Positions 39,471 through 52,647 of a stretch of 64,000 bases of DNA are shown here, one piece after another. A program made the translations under genes and the position numbers. Below the pieces are notes generated by a model, which ran no database searches, was not told where the DNA came from, and saw nothing but the letters and a program-made list of their open reading frames with translations. Positions within the stretch are counted from its first letter, which is position 1. Each line of letters starts with the position of its first letter. Source of the stretch: Eledone cirrhosa (taxonomy: Eukaryota); the NCBI GenBank assembly GCA_964016885.1, contig OZ024741.1:234360001-234424000 (forward strand). The letters are read 5' to 3'.

Positions 39471-40653
39471 AATACCATAGTGACAAACTAACATGAAGGC
39501 AAGAAACAAAGTTGTCACTGATGAAACACACAGCAAGAAAGAGAGATAGTGTTAAATACAATTCCATGTCCTTCACAAATGACAGACAGTCAAGCATCGA
39601 GAAGAATGGAATGTAAAATAGGAAAATATAAAGAAAAAAAACGGAAAAGCCAAGGACTCTAGTGTCACAGAAGAATGGGGAGGAGGAGGATGATTGGACT
39701 CTGGGCCTAGGGCGTGGTGGAAAAGGGGCTGCGCCTCACAGACAAGACCACAAAAGCATTCCTGCTGCAACAGCCACCCCACCTAGTGGGGGTCCTTGCT
39801 CAGACGTTCCAATATTGCAGGAGCTCAACTGTACAGGGTCCAAGTACGCCTGAGGTCTCGACAATGACCAGTGCGAAGAGGAACCAGCCGGACAATCCCC
39901 GGTACAGTTATGGATAATGAAATACAAAGTATATCACAAATTTCTAAATTTTATCCATCTGATGAAAAGAACACTGAAGACTGACCCTAGACACCGCACA
40001 TTACAATATCACAACAGAAAACAAACTCCTTCAATAGTTTTTTTTAGCTTTTTATTTTTCAATATATATCTAATTATTGATTTATTGCAGTTTTATATCA
40101 GAGCAACTGAATATCCATTTATGAAAAGGAAATTTGCATATATTTACATATATTGTTTGTAGTTTATGAAAAATAGTTTACAATAATTTCATTTATTAGA
40201 AATTGTAATCTGATTCTACATCAAATGCTGCTAATATCGATTATTATTATTATATTTAAACATTTTTATTATACATGCATACACACTCACACATGAAATA
40301 CAGGGTCATATATATATAACAGTGTATGCAATAATCTGTCCATATGTAAAGCACTGATAACACACATTAAGGTATGTACAAACATAGAGAAGACTGACAG
40401 ATGTGCATTAAAGATGCTTAGACACCCACATATTGTACACACCTGCAGCAAGGGATATATATATATATGAAATGAAAGTTTGGACAAGGATTATTATTAA
40501 ACCATTCAATAGACTAATGAACATTTAGCTAGACTAACAGGAATGAAGAGTTGATTCTAATAAGAATAACCCATCAGAGTCAATTAAATACATATGATTT
40601 ATCTTACATGTTTTAATATACCAGTGGGAGAAATAAGCGAAGTTGTAAATAAT

Positions 40654-40839
40654 TGTTTCTACTTTTTGGCACAAGGCCAGCAATTACTCAGCGCATTACT
40701 GGTACTTTATTTTATCGACCCCGTAAGGATGAAAGGCAAAGTTAACCTTGGGGGGATTTGAACTCAGAATGGCAAGGGCCGTAACTCTATGCGTCAAAGC
40801 ATGGCGTCCGACCCTCTACCGATACTGCCAATCCACTGC
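40654..40839 (-). mobile_element. Nin-domain tRNA SINE, full length, 10-bp TSD
   Basis: TGTAAATAAT at 40644-40653 and 40840-40849. Confidence 0.92.
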
Positions 40840-41463
40840 TGTAAATAATAACATTTAAATATAGTAGGGAAAATATTAAAATTATGGAATAAAAAAATTC
40901 ACAAAAGTCTACCTCCTTAGCTAAATTAATCTGGTGTTAAAAAGTAATAACATACATTCTTAAGTGGGATATTATTAAAGCTTCTGACCGAAGCATTAGA
41001 AATAATTATTTAAAAAATTATCCTTCTTAATTTAAAAAAATGAAATAATCCTTTCCAGTCCACATAGAACATTTTATTCTTTCTTTTACAAATTATACCC
41101 ATTACATCCTTGTTAAGCATTTTATTAAAATGTGTATCATATAACATTTTTACCCTACTTTTATGTTAAACTATCTTGTAAAATTCATGTTATCCTCTTT
41201 TTTGACTGCTAATTTTAATGAACCCTAACTTTTAATTCACACACACACACACATTGAAACAGTTTTCCTTTTGCTTTTCTATTTATCATATAATTGTAAC
41301 CTCACCTAGGTTATATTCACAGTCTTATTTTTTAATGTAGACAATCTCTTCTCTACTGATAGAAGTTAGTCAGTGGAATTTTTTAGTCATTAAACACTTA
41401 TTTTAATTATAGATATATCTATCACTGTTTTATGCTCCCATAATTTTTAATATTCTTTTAGTA

Positions 41464-41728
41464 CAGAGGTGGGCAAACTACAGCCCGTGGAAGCATTTGG
41501 CAAATTGATAAAAAATATTAAAAGAAAACTTGTTTTAAGATTTTTGTATTTAATCATTTTATTAATTTATGTATTATAATGATGCAGTCTATATTTTATA
41601 TTTTCTAAATTCTAACTGAAGAAAAGTAAGGTTACTGGTACACTACATCCAATAATAAATGGTGCGGCCCTCTGGTATTCATGACCCAGTCAATGTGGCC
41701 CTCAATTCAAAAAGATTGCCCACCCCTG
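41464..41728. mobile_element. hAT (Charlie-like) MITE
   Basis: TIR CAGAGGTGGGCAA / TTGCCCACCCCTG with perfect 8-bp TSD TTTTAGTA. Confidence 0.92.
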
Positions 41729-42564
41729 TTTTAGTATATTCTAAAGATTTTTTTTCATAATTTCACTTACTAAATGATTAGACTTTATAATTCCTATTAG
41801 TGTGAATCTAGCACTATTTTAATGCGTGTTATCCTTTTTGTAACACTATATTATAGTTAGTGGAATATCTATAGTTGCTGCACATAAATATTTTTTAAAA
41901 ATTTTAATTACTCTTTTAGGCATTCATAATTTTAACGTTTTCTACACAATATTTAAATGTTATTATTTACACCATCGCTTTTTTCTCCCACTGGTATATT
42001 AAAACATGTAAGGTAAATTACATATATTCAATTAACTCTGATAAGCTATTTTTATTGGAATCAACTCTTAATTCCTATTAGTTTAGCGAAACATTCATTA
42101 GTCCATTAAATTGTTTAATAATCCTTGTCTAAGCTTTTGTTGTATATATATTGATATATGCTTTGTGAAATTATAACGCTACTGTGATTGGAAGTTTACC
42201 TATTGGATTAAACTTTGGACTGTTTATTACCTATCTTGTTGTGGACTGTAAATTCATATTGAGCTTTAAATTTTCTTAGCCTTTGTTATATTATCAACTC
42301 ACTCAAACTTGTTTATATATATATACATATATAAATTGTTATACTTTGGGAGGGTCATGCTGCCAATAAATACAAAAATGAAGTATATATTATATATATA
42401 TCTCCATATATATATACACACACTAGCGTACTAAAGGTCATATCTTCCAGAGACTTTTGAAATAAATTCTACTAAACATGGCTGAACACTTACTTTCCCA
42501 CTACTGTAAATATTTAGTACAACACAAACTCCACAAAACTTGTTTCCTTTTTTTCCTGAAGAAT

Positions 42565-42900
42565 TGTTATTGTTGTCATTTAGCCCTGGTCATCCCTGAA
42601 CCAGCAGATTTATCTTGTCTATCTTTCAGACTAAATGTATCTAGGACTACACCATATATTATTATGGCTGCTGTTGTTTAGCCCAAGGTCATCCCTGATC
42701 AAATGTGTTCTGACCTTGACTATTATGTACCTCTTTTAGACTAAGTATATCTAGGAATACATTGGCAATGTTATTGCTGCTGTTGTTTAGCTGCACGTCA
42801 TTCCTGATCCAGATTTCCTATCATATCTATCTTTCACACTAAGTTTATGTAGGACTACATTGTGCAACAATATTACTGCTGGGATTGTTGTTTGGACCTG
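42565..42900. repeat. About 100-110-bp tandem repeat, 3 copies
   Basis: TTTAGCCC..GGTCATCCCTGA...TTTCAGACTAAGTATATCTAGGACTACA units. Confidence 0.75.
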
Positions 42901-43109
42901 ACTGAGTTGACCTATAATCAAAGATGTAATTTGAGGGATATTTGGTTGCTAATTCTAGCAAATGGAGCAACCATTTCAGATTTGGTATAGGGTAGTTTGA
43001 ATGAGTGTGTGTGACTTTTTCATTATATTTTAACCCCAACTCCCTGTACTACAAAATTAAATACAACCAGATAATCTGTTGATTATTCAAAGTATGTAAA
43101 AAATATATT

Positions 43110-43146
<37 letters not shown>

Positions 43147-43574
43147 TGAAAGAGTTACTGCCCAACAGCTGAGCTTTTGCTAATACAACGGCGAGTGGAT
43201 AACTCAATTATTTTTTTCTTTCAGCTCTTTCCAAACACTGTCTCTTCAGGGGTGTAGTCATAATTTGACTGACATGTAGTGGAAGTGGGGCTAAGTGAAG
43301 AAATGGGTGAAGTAGTGGGAAGGGGGAAGACTTTTTGTGGTTATAGAGTAACTATAGTGTCTTGTTTGGTACTCATGTCGATTCAAGCAACTCGTAGTTT
43401 CAAAGAATCTGCCTGTAAGTGTGTGTGTTTATAAATCAATTACTGTTGAAACTTTGATTTATGAATTATTCTCCCCATCATAAAGGATGCTTAGTTGTGT
43501 GTGTTGTATGGTGGTGTTGTGCATACTTGGACAAAAGTCTTACTAGTCTAAACTGGTAATTCCCAATATAAATC

Positions 43575-43820
43575 ATCAGCATCATCATCATCGTTTAACG
43601 TCCATCTTCCACACTAGCATGGGTCTGGACGGGAATTGCCCCACTTGAGGCAAGATTGGTTGTCTTGCTCAGGACTGTCTGGCGGGTTTTCTACGGCTGG
43701 ATGCCCTTCCTAACACCAACCCCGTTTACAGTGTGGACTGGGAGGTTTTTACCGTGTTACCTACACGGCCACATTACAGAGTGGACTGTGTGTTTTTTTG
43801 TCGTGACACCTACACGAAAT
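43575..43820 (-). mobile_element. RTE-tailed SINE-like element
   Basis: GGTTGGTGTTAGGAAGGGCATCCAGCCGTAGAAA...CCATGCTAG..GGACGTTAAACGATGATGATG; other copies near 24760, 31900, 45520, 54030, 60315, 62000 and 62224. Confidence 0.75.
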
Positions 43821-45677
43821 ATATATATATATATATATATAAATTCATAGGAATAATTTGAAAACTCAACACAAGATTAGCTGTTAAAACAGCTAAATGC
43901 TGTCAATGACAGCATGCAAGATGGGTAAAAATCCCTCAAAGGACAGAAATCAGAGGCCAATGGTTGGTAAAGAGAAAAGCAAAGCTGCAAGGTGGGTTAC
44001 AGGCAGATCGAATATAGAAAAGATTGAAAGGAGAAGTGTGTTGGCATGTAGAAGTGATAAGAAGACAAATTTGAGTCATAAACGATACAAATTATCCCAC
44101 GTGTGTGCACACATCTGCCTCATCAACTCTCAAACAGGCATGTGGTTTCACACGATTTAATTGAGAGGACCACATGTTTTTGCCAGCTCGTGCAACAGAA
44201 AATAAACATTTCTGCTAAAATAGTGTGCACAATAATACAAACAAAACAGACAAATCAGAGAGCGAAATAATGCGTGTCCTGTAAGAATTAAGGCGCCGGT
44301 AAAGGGACAGTAATAGCCAAGTGGTAGCAAGTATGAGAAGGGACAAAAGAAGAGTTGGGGAGAGAGAGAAAGAAAGAAAAAGGACTGTAGTGAATCTCAA
44401 GCCTTGGCACCTGTCCAAAATAGAACGCTAATAAATCATAGTTATGATAAAGGTAAGTGTATATATGTGTGTGTGTGTGAGAAAGTCTACATGGTCGTAT
44501 GACCTGCTAGAAATAGCAGCCAACTTAACCCCCATCAAATTACACCCTATCTTAAAAAGTAAGGGTATATTGGATATTGTAGTTCTTGCATTGCGTCTGG
44601 GGAAAAGAGAAGATATTCACAACTGGAACATCATTTGACCATGTCTCATGAATCTGAGCGGAACAACAACTGAATATGTTACATATTGAACAATATTTAA
44701 TTGCATTTGAGTCGGATAACAAAAAAATTATTCATTGTGTATGAAAAAGGAAAAACTAGAAAGAAATCTGGAACTATTTTTGGTAGGGAATGGGTATATC
44801 TGGCCTGGGCTTAATACCAGCTTGGGAGAGTGTTCTACTTTTCACATTTGGCCTGGACCGATTACCACATTTAAGGACCTATATTTCACAAGGTATGTTA
44901 CCAGCTTTGTGAGGAAGCTGGGGATGTCTAAATTTTACACCTGGATTGCGCCTAATAAAAACATTGGAGTGAGTCTACATTTTACATCTGCCTTGGGCAT
45001 ATTACTAACTTTGCACAGGCATGGCTACAACAACAATATTATCTAGCTGGCAGGGGTAGATAATCGTAAGGAATGAACCAGTTATTCAGCAGAAGGGTGG
45101 GATGGCAAGGTGAGCCATAGAACAACACAACAGCAGTAGCAATAACAACAACATGTAAACAAAATAAATAGAAACTAACTGCACTGAGACAACAAGCTGA
45201 AATCTACTGCACTTTCCATGGTGCAGTAATAATGCATCAACAAGAATGATGTCATGGTATTTACAATAATATATTGTATTGTTCAATTGATAGAACTACA
45301 GATTTTGGGTGGGAGAACAAGGCCTAGATGGGATACAAGGGTCATGTGGGGTGAAGTGGGAATAATCAGGGAGGTAAATAAATAAGCAATTTAGGGGAAA
45401 TGGTGGATTGGTAGGCTACAAGAATATTTACAATGAATTATTAACCCACACTTCCTCTGTTAAAAGGAGACAATATTTAAATTTCTCTCTCATATATATA
45501 TATATATAAGTATACATCAACATCACTGTTTAATGGCCATTTTTCCACACTAGCATGGATTAAATGAGTTGTCCTGTTGTGATACAAGTCAGATCTGATG
45601 ACCATGTCTTGCTCATACAGAACTATTTCTGGCATGGTTTCTACAATTGGATGCTCTTCCTAATGCCAACATATACA

Positions 45678-45737
<60 letters not shown>

Positions 45738-46589
45738 TATATATGAAGCAAAATAAAATCTGGATGAGTGCCTCCATTGTTTTCAGGGTTACATAACCTA
45801 TAACCCTAGCGAAATAAACAATGGATACAGGTGTCCCTGGATTTTCTCAACAAATATACAGCTTTTGTTGACAGCTAGCTATGTTTAACACAAGTGAAGA
45901 TGAATATAAAAAGAAAAAGAACACTCTGTTGTTTTTGAGCTACAAGAGGAAATAACTGTCAGGTGACGTCTGTTTATTTTCAACCCAACTTTTATAAAAA
46001 TTTGGTGCCGTGTAACTTTGGGGCAGTCTGACATATACCAACAACAGAGTCAGTTGCTACCAACTGAACATTTACTTAGCAACACACTGACTGACAGGTC
46101 ATTCTTCTTAGAGAAATGATCTCATGGAAATAAGATCTAGTAACAGACATCAACAACACCAAAATGTTCACTCATGCCAATCAGCAGGAACCAAACAATG
46201 TCTTATACTGGGTTACAAGGATGTCTCAAGGAGATATCCAAAGCAAAGGAACAAACAAGAGTTCTGGAATTAGATGAAGAAGAGGAAAACCAATGTTCCT
46301 TTGCTTAGATGGATGACCTACCCTTCCAAAACTTAGGGGTGGATCTTATAAACATGGCATACCTTGATGCTTTTCCTCTGCTTTCTCCACGATCTTGCAT
46401 ATCTATGGAAAGATCGAATAGCACACCATGTAAGGGAGTTGATATGATCAGATCTAATGAAGAAGACACTGATTTGATGTATGATGAAGATCCAACACTT
46501 CTCCCCATCAGATGAAATCAAGAAGACTTCATTATTTCTGAGTTATGGGGAGATGTTCAAACAACATTCCAAATGGGAAACAGAAACAC

Positions 46590-47645
46590 ATTTGGCAAGA
46601 ATTATAATAAAGGTATTTAATACAAAACCCGGTGCCGATAAGAACTGAGAATGATTACCTGATTATTTCTTCTTGGGGCACTCCAAATGAAAGAGAAGTA
46701 TAACTGGAATGAGATGCACTAGATGTCTCCAAAGCTTTTGTTAAAGTGTGGCACAGAAGACTACTTCACAAACTAACAAGCTATGGTATCTCTGTGAAGG
46801 TGCATGTTACAATTAAGTCTTTTCTTTCTGATTGAATGCTGTGGTGAATGGTCAAACATCAGTTGCTCATAGAATTTGGCGTATCATCAGACCAACACTT
46901 TTTCTAATCTTTATAAATGATCTGCTTGACCACATCTTAAGATATTTAGATATTTGTTGATGTTAATGCAGGTGATACACAGTCTATGGTCGTACATCCA
47001 GAAACTACAATGACCTAACCTGACCGCTGATCTCTTCTCTGACTTAGAGTGTACTGTTCAATGGATAAATATATGGCTTGCTACCTGGAATGTCCCCAAC
47101 TTTCTCACTTGTTGAAAGAAGCTCTCTACTTTGAATGACTCTGTTGGAACTCATATATTCAATCAGTTGCCAAAGCTTCTAGAAAAATGATGGGGTCTTT
47201 TATCATTCAAGAAAATATCTGACTCTCTCTGCAATTTTGTATCTTTACAAGAATCAGATTAGACAGAAAATGGCATAGTTTCCACATCTGGGGTGGTGCT
47301 GCTCAGAGCTCCCTATCCAGTCTAGATAGAGTTCAGAGTGACTTGTGTAAACTTGTTGGAGATGAGCTCTTTTCATCTGTTAAGCCACTCTCTCACAGAT
47401 GTGACGTCGCAAGCCTGGCATTATTATTGTTATTTTCATAGGAAATGCTCTGATGAACTTCACTCTCTAGTACCCAAAACCCAGACTTTCTCTGCTAGGA
47501 CCCATCTCGCTAAGTTCATTGAAGCAAGCCAACAAACGTTCTTCATATTCCTAACATCAGACATACGTTTCATTCTTAGAACAGCATCTCCATGGAACAA
47601 ACTGCCTAGAGATTGCTTTCCTTGTGGCTACAACATTGACCTTTA
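46590..47645 (+). pseudogene. CR1/Jockey-group LINE RT remnant
   Basis: ALDVSKAFVKVWH..LLHKL.SYGIS; PTLFLIFINDL; HIWGGA; WNKLP. Confidence 0.8.
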
Positions 47646-48602
47646 TATAAGTACCTCTGCATGTTATAATTTTATCCAAACTGCCAGTTCCTTTTCATGC
47701 TTCTAGCAATCACTCTTTCATTTCCCCTCATCATCCTGTTCTCCATGTTTAATCTGTCATGTAACCAATAATCTCGAATGGCTTTAAAACTTTGTTATGT
47801 GGTATCCTGGTACATAAAAAAAGGTCCATCTTGATTATTCAAACAAAAGACAATCTTACATCACAATGTACTCCTCTGACCCTGACTGTTCATGTAATGA
47901 TTTTTTAAAGAGAATTTCAAAATGAGAAATGATCTCACAGAAATAAGATCTGGCTACACAGAAAAAAACACAAGTTAAATATACTGAACATTGTCAATAT
48001 TAACATTAGGTTTGTTTATGATTCAAAGCAATCATATTTTCATTTATCAAAGTGATATCTGTTTGAATATGAAAGAAGTTGTATAGTGATGTGTTTACAC
48101 CTTTTTGCAATATTGAATATATCCCATATCAACAAACACCACATACAGATTTTGCTTCATATATACACATACACACATACGTGTTTGTGTATGTATATAT
48201 ACATGTGTGTGTGTGTGTATATATGTGTGTGGGTGTGTGTACATGTATACACCTAGACAAATTAAAAGTATACTCATGCAACACATATCAAAATATTTCA
48301 GTGCAGATATCATTATAGGCAGTGGACAAAAATGCATATCATTAGAAAAATGGTGCTGCAGCAGTAGCTTGAGATCCAGATATATATATATATATATATA
48401 CGTATACACAATGTTTGTATATATATATGTATGTGTATATATATATATATATATACACAATGTTTGTTTATAGATATGTATGCATGTATGTATATATATA
48501 TTTATTTATATATACACATCTATAAACAAACATTGTATATATGTAGCTGGTCTCTTGGACTCTTACGAAGCGATGAGGCGATAAAGTTAATATAAAGCAT
48601 GA

Positions 48603-48807
48603 TGTGCTTATGCGTGGAGATGCTATAAAATAAGATGAAAACCCTTAAAGATGGAAAAAGAAGTTGCCATTAGCCATTAATGGTTCAAAGTGCCTAGCTG
48701 ATATCTGGGAGATAAGGGGTTCCTCAAAGTGGCCAATAGCAACCTCTTTTTCCATCTCTAAGGGTCTTCATTCACCCTATTCTATAGCATCTTCATGCAT
48801 GAGCACA
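48603..48807. repeat. About 205-bp inverted repeat (about 75-bp arms)
   Basis: 48603-48677 vs 48729-48807. Confidence 0.85.
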
Positions 48808-49024
48808 CCACTCTCTATATATATATGTGTATATTGATATATATATATATGCATGTATATATATGTGTGTAAGTATACATATATATAAGTATGTATCATC
48901 ATCATCGTTTTTATGTATGCTTTTCCATGCTTGTATATATATAGTTTTCCAAGAGATACTGAAATGAACAGACCTGCTTTTTCTGAAAGGAATTATTTTC
49001 GTTTCTGCCTCTACACACTCTCCT

Positions 49025-49180
49025 CTATCTGTCTATTTCTTCTTTAATTTCTCCTTCTATTTTCTGATGATGGACTAGCGTCTAAAATTTTAAGACTTTT
49101 CCTACTATATTAAGCATGAAAATAATATATATATTCATTGTACTTCATCATCTGCTGTTTTTTCCATTTACTTTTCACAT
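49025..49180 (+). mobile_element. Hammerhead-bearing short element, degenerate copy
   Basis: CTGATGATGGACTAGCGTCTAAAATTTTAAGAC plus family flanks. Confidence 0.6.
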
Positions 49181-50169
49181 AGACACACTTACATACATAT
49201 ACACACATACATATATATATATATATATACACATATATATATATATATGTAGGTGGTTGACAGCTGAAAGAAAAGAGTACTGAATACCAAAGTTGAGTTC
49301 TTGTTTGATTACCGTGTGTTAAACAGGCGAAACTCTCGAGTAACATGACTCACTATTTAGCCTTAATAAAATGAATATATATATATATATATCTGTCCAA
49401 CACATACAAGCATGAAAAAGCGGACATAAAAACGACGATGATGGATATATATATATATATATACATACATACACACACATATATATATATCGTATGCGTG
49501 TGTGTATGTCTAAGGAGTTGCTGTCAGAGATTCATCCAGTGTTTCTAATATTTGAACTGCTAAAAATATCAATCATAATAATAATCAGAATGATTTCTCA
49601 CATTGAGATCAGACATAAATTTATAAGTAGGGAAAATGCAGTTCATTCAATTGGCCCCAACATTTGACTGATCCTTTATTTTCATCATCAATCCCTGAAA
49701 TATGATGTAGGGCAAAATCGTCCCCAGAAAGGTTTGAACACAGAATTCCAGGTCCAGGGATTTAGAAATAATTTACTATGAAGAATACTCCTCGAGGTTT
49801 ATAAACACCAAATTCAAGATATGACTGATTTCTTTTTCGTGTACCCCTCACGTTTGGGTTATTTTCTTCTTTCCTTTTTTTCTTCTTTTAATACAAAAAT
49901 GAATATTTTGCCATTTAACCTGAAAAATTCCACACAAACCTCACAAACAGATCATGAAGGGCCTGACATATTGAAGAGTAGTCGTATCACCATTGGTAAG
50001 ATTAGAACTCCTGTCTGCTTGTAGACAACATATGACAAGTGACTTTTAAGATGTATCTTAAGACATATCTCAATGAATTTCACAAGTCGTCATATCACAT
50101 GTATCAGACTGGATGTTGAACATCCACAGTAGAGTCGGCAGAATGTCCTAGCAGAGTTTGCAGGCTGCT

Positions 50170-52548
50170 TCACGAGTTCTGTTTGCCATGTTTGCCGCTA
50201 GAGTAAGATGTAGGCATGTTTGGCCAGCTGGAGCCAAGCAAGGTAGGCATTGGGTAGCCTCTTGGCCAGAGGTAATTTGTTTCCCAGTTCTGTGACATCT
50301 CATGGAGGTAAGCAGCAGAATTAAACCGAGACAGGTTTGAAGGATGTAGTCGCATTCCAGTCTGGGAATCTTGCGGATTTTGATGATGGTGTTGCTCTGA
50401 CCGTGCCATATGAGAATTTGGTATATGTTCTGGATGGTGTTTATTGTTTTTCATATTGTGCTTGCCGGAATTCGACGATAACATTGATGGCTGATGAGCT
50501 TGTTGCTGCTGCTGCTGTTGTTGTTGTTGTTGTTGCTGCTGCTGCTGCTGCTGAGGTTTCGATGAACTTGTATCACAGTTATATGAAGATGTCTGAGAAG
50601 TTGATGATAAATTGCTCTTTTCGTGGAGCTGATGGCCCTCGTTGTCATTCTTCTCCTCAGAAGACATCATCATTGATGTCCCCATCACTGGGAGAGAATC
50701 AGAACCTGACATGGGAGGCGAGAGGTTGGAGTCTTTAGGGTACATCATACAGCCATGAGAAGATTGTGAAGAGGTAGAGGACATTGGTGGTTGCTTGGCA
50801 AAAAGTTCACAGCCCGTCCGAGTCCTTTTGTGGTTGTTTAAGTTGGCTCGCTGTGAAAATGACTTGTTGCACGTATCACACTTGAATGGTTTCTCTCCAG
50901 TGTGTGTCCTCATGTGTAACTTCAAATTTCCAGCTTGAGAAAAAGCCTTCGAACAAATCTGACATTGGAATGGTTTTTCTCCTGTGTGAGTTCTCTCATG
51001 GTTACGCCATTCAGTTCGCTGTGAGAAGAGCTTGTTACAGTAGCTGCAATGGAAAGGTTTTTCTCCGGTATGGACCCGGATGTGGTTTTTCAGGCTAATT
51101 TGCAAAGTAAACTCCTTGGTGCAATAGTCGCATTTAAACAACTGTCCTGTGTGGACACGTTGGTGATTTTCAAGATTAGTTTTCTGTGAAAAACACTTGT
51201 CACAAAGGTCACACTTGAAAGGTTTCTCACCTGTGTGTGTTCTCATGTGTAACTTGAGGTTTCCGTGCTGACTAAAAGACTTTGAACACATACTGCAATG
51301 AAATGGTTTCTCTCCGGTATGAGTCCTCAGATGGTTCTTTAGATTAATCAAAAGTGTGAAATCTTTTGGACAAAATGTACATTTGTAAAGTTCTCCCGTG
51401 TGAGTGCGCTCATGAATTTTCAAAAAGAATTGGTTGCAAAATGGTTTTTTACAATAATTGCAATAGAATAGATCACCAGTGTGCAGCCTTTTGTGGTCAC
51501 TCAGATTCACCTTTTGTGAAAAAGCTTTGCCGCATACATCGCAGGCAAATGGCTTCTCTCCAGTATGTGTTCTAAGATGGAGCTTTAAGTTACCTCTCTG
51601 GCTAAAAGCCTTCGAACAAACGCTGCAGGAAAATGGTCGTTCGCCAGTATGTGTTCTCAAATGATTTTTTAAGTTTGTCTCTTGTGAGAAACATTTGTTG
51701 CAGAAATGACAGTGAAAGGGCTTTTCACCTGTATGTATACGTTCATGTATTTTGAGGAAGAACTCATTAGAGAATGGTTTCTTACAGAACTGACAGTAGA
51801 GGAGGTCTCCAGTGTGAATACGGTTGTGGTAAGTCAAGTTGATTTTTTGAGAAAAGCATTTACCACACACTTCACATGAATATGGTTTCTCCCCAGTGTG
51901 TGTTCTGAGATGGAGTTTGAGGTTACCCTGTTGACTGAAGGCCTTTGGACAAAGGGAACACTGAAAAGGTTTCTCCCCTGAGTGGGTCCTTAAATGGTTT
52001 TTGAGATTGATTTTCTGCGTAAAGGCTTTGTCACAAGAATTGCAGTCAAATGGTCGAACGCCTGTGTGCGTGAGCTCATGGTTCTTTAAGAAGAACTGGT
52101 TGGTGAATCCTTTTTTACAAAATGTACAAAAGAAAGATTTCTCGTTACCACCTTGACTATTTCGCATGCTTTCACTATCTTGTTGGTTGTCATTGCTGGT
52201 GCCGCCACCACCACCACCACCACCATCACTCCCACTATTGCCACCTGCACCACCACTATTATTGTTGCCAGGACTGCTGCATGTTGAAGCTGGACCACTG
52301 TTATTCATGCACATATTGTTGTTGCCACTGTTGTTATTGTCTGTATTATGGCCCCCACTGGTGCCATCATTGGCACCGTTTGATTGACTAAAGTCTTTCC
52401 ACATAAGATCATTGCTCTTGTCGAGAATGTTCATGATCTGTGACTTGTCAGGGACTTTTAAATGACAACCAGGGTTGTAGATTGGCTGACCATAGAAGCC
52501 AGAAGTGTTGTTGAAGTTCATTGGGAAAACCGGTTGAATTGGATACAT
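50170..52548 (-). CDS. C2H2 zinc-finger protein ZF-B, 792 aa, 16 fingers (last one degenerate), polyG and polyQ tracts, single coding exon
   Basis: Uninterrupted ORF; TGEKP-linked fingers; paralogous to ZF-A. Confidence 0.95.
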   Translation of the reverse strand: MYPIQPVFPMNFNNTSGFYGQPIYNPGCHLKVPDKSQIMNILDKSNDLMWKDFSQSNGANDGTSGGHNTDNNNSGNNNMCMNNSGPASTCSSPGNNNSGGAGGNSGSDGGGGGGGGTSNDNQQDSESMRNSQGGNEKSFFCTFCKKGFTNQFFLKNHELTHTGVRPFDCNSCDKAFTQKINLKNHLRTHSGEKPFQCSLCPKAFSQQGNLKLHLRTHTGEKPYSCEVCGKCFSQKINLTYHNRIHTGDLLYCQFCKKPFSNEFFLKIHERIHTGEKPFHCHFCNKCFSQETNLKNHLRTHTGERPFSCSVCSKAFSQRGNLKLHLRTHTGEKPFACDVCGKAFSQKVNLSDHKRLHTGDLFYCNYCKKPFCNQFFLKIHERTHTGELYKCTFCPKDFTLLINLKNHLRTHTGEKPFHCSMCSKSFSQHGNLKLHMRTHTGEKPFKCDLCDKCFSQKTNLENHQRVHTGQLFKCDYCTKEFTLQISLKNHIRVHTGEKPFHCSYCNKLFSQRTEWRNHERTHTGEKPFQCQICSKAFSQAGNLKLHMRTHTGEKPFKCDTCNKSFSQRANLNNHKRTRTGCELFAKQPPMSSTSSQSSHGCMMYPKDSNLSPPMSGSDSLPVMGTSMMMSSEEKNDNEGHQLHEKSNLSSTSQTSSYNCDTSSSKPQQQQQQQQQQQQQQQQQQAHQPSMLSSNSGKHNMKNNKHHPEHIPNSHMARSEQHHHQNPQDSQTGMRLHPSNLSRFNSAAYLHEMSQNWETNYLWPRGYPMPTLLGSSWPNMPTSYSSGKHGKQNS

Positions 52549-52601
52549 TATTAAACAGTTCTTGAAATGATCAACTGAACACTGGTGGTGTAGTGGTAGT
52601 G

Positions 52602-52614
52602 CTACAGCAGATTA

Positions 52615-52620
<6 letters not shown>
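52602..52620 (-). promoter_or_regulatory. Candidate 3' splice acceptor of the ZF-B coding exon
   Basis: TTTAATCTGCTGTAG|C, 53 nt before the ATG; position comparable to ZF-A; weak pyrimidine tract. Confidence 0.4.

Positions 52621-52647
<27 letters not shown>

Larger units (their letters stand above)
40469..42142. mobile_element. About 1.7-kb foldback element with long diverged TIRs, containing a SINE and a hAT MITE
   Basis: 40469-40650 plus 40840-40890 is the reverse complement of about 41920-42142; (TA)n flanks. Confidence 0.75.

Noticed and set aside
39570-39920. GC-rich segment with several short ORFs
   Set aside because: Frames are broken; possibly a LINE ORF1 remnant but not identifiable
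46000-46560. Acidic short ORF (EEDTDLMYDED) as a gene or transposase start
   Set aside because: Short, stop-interrupted, no diagnostic motif
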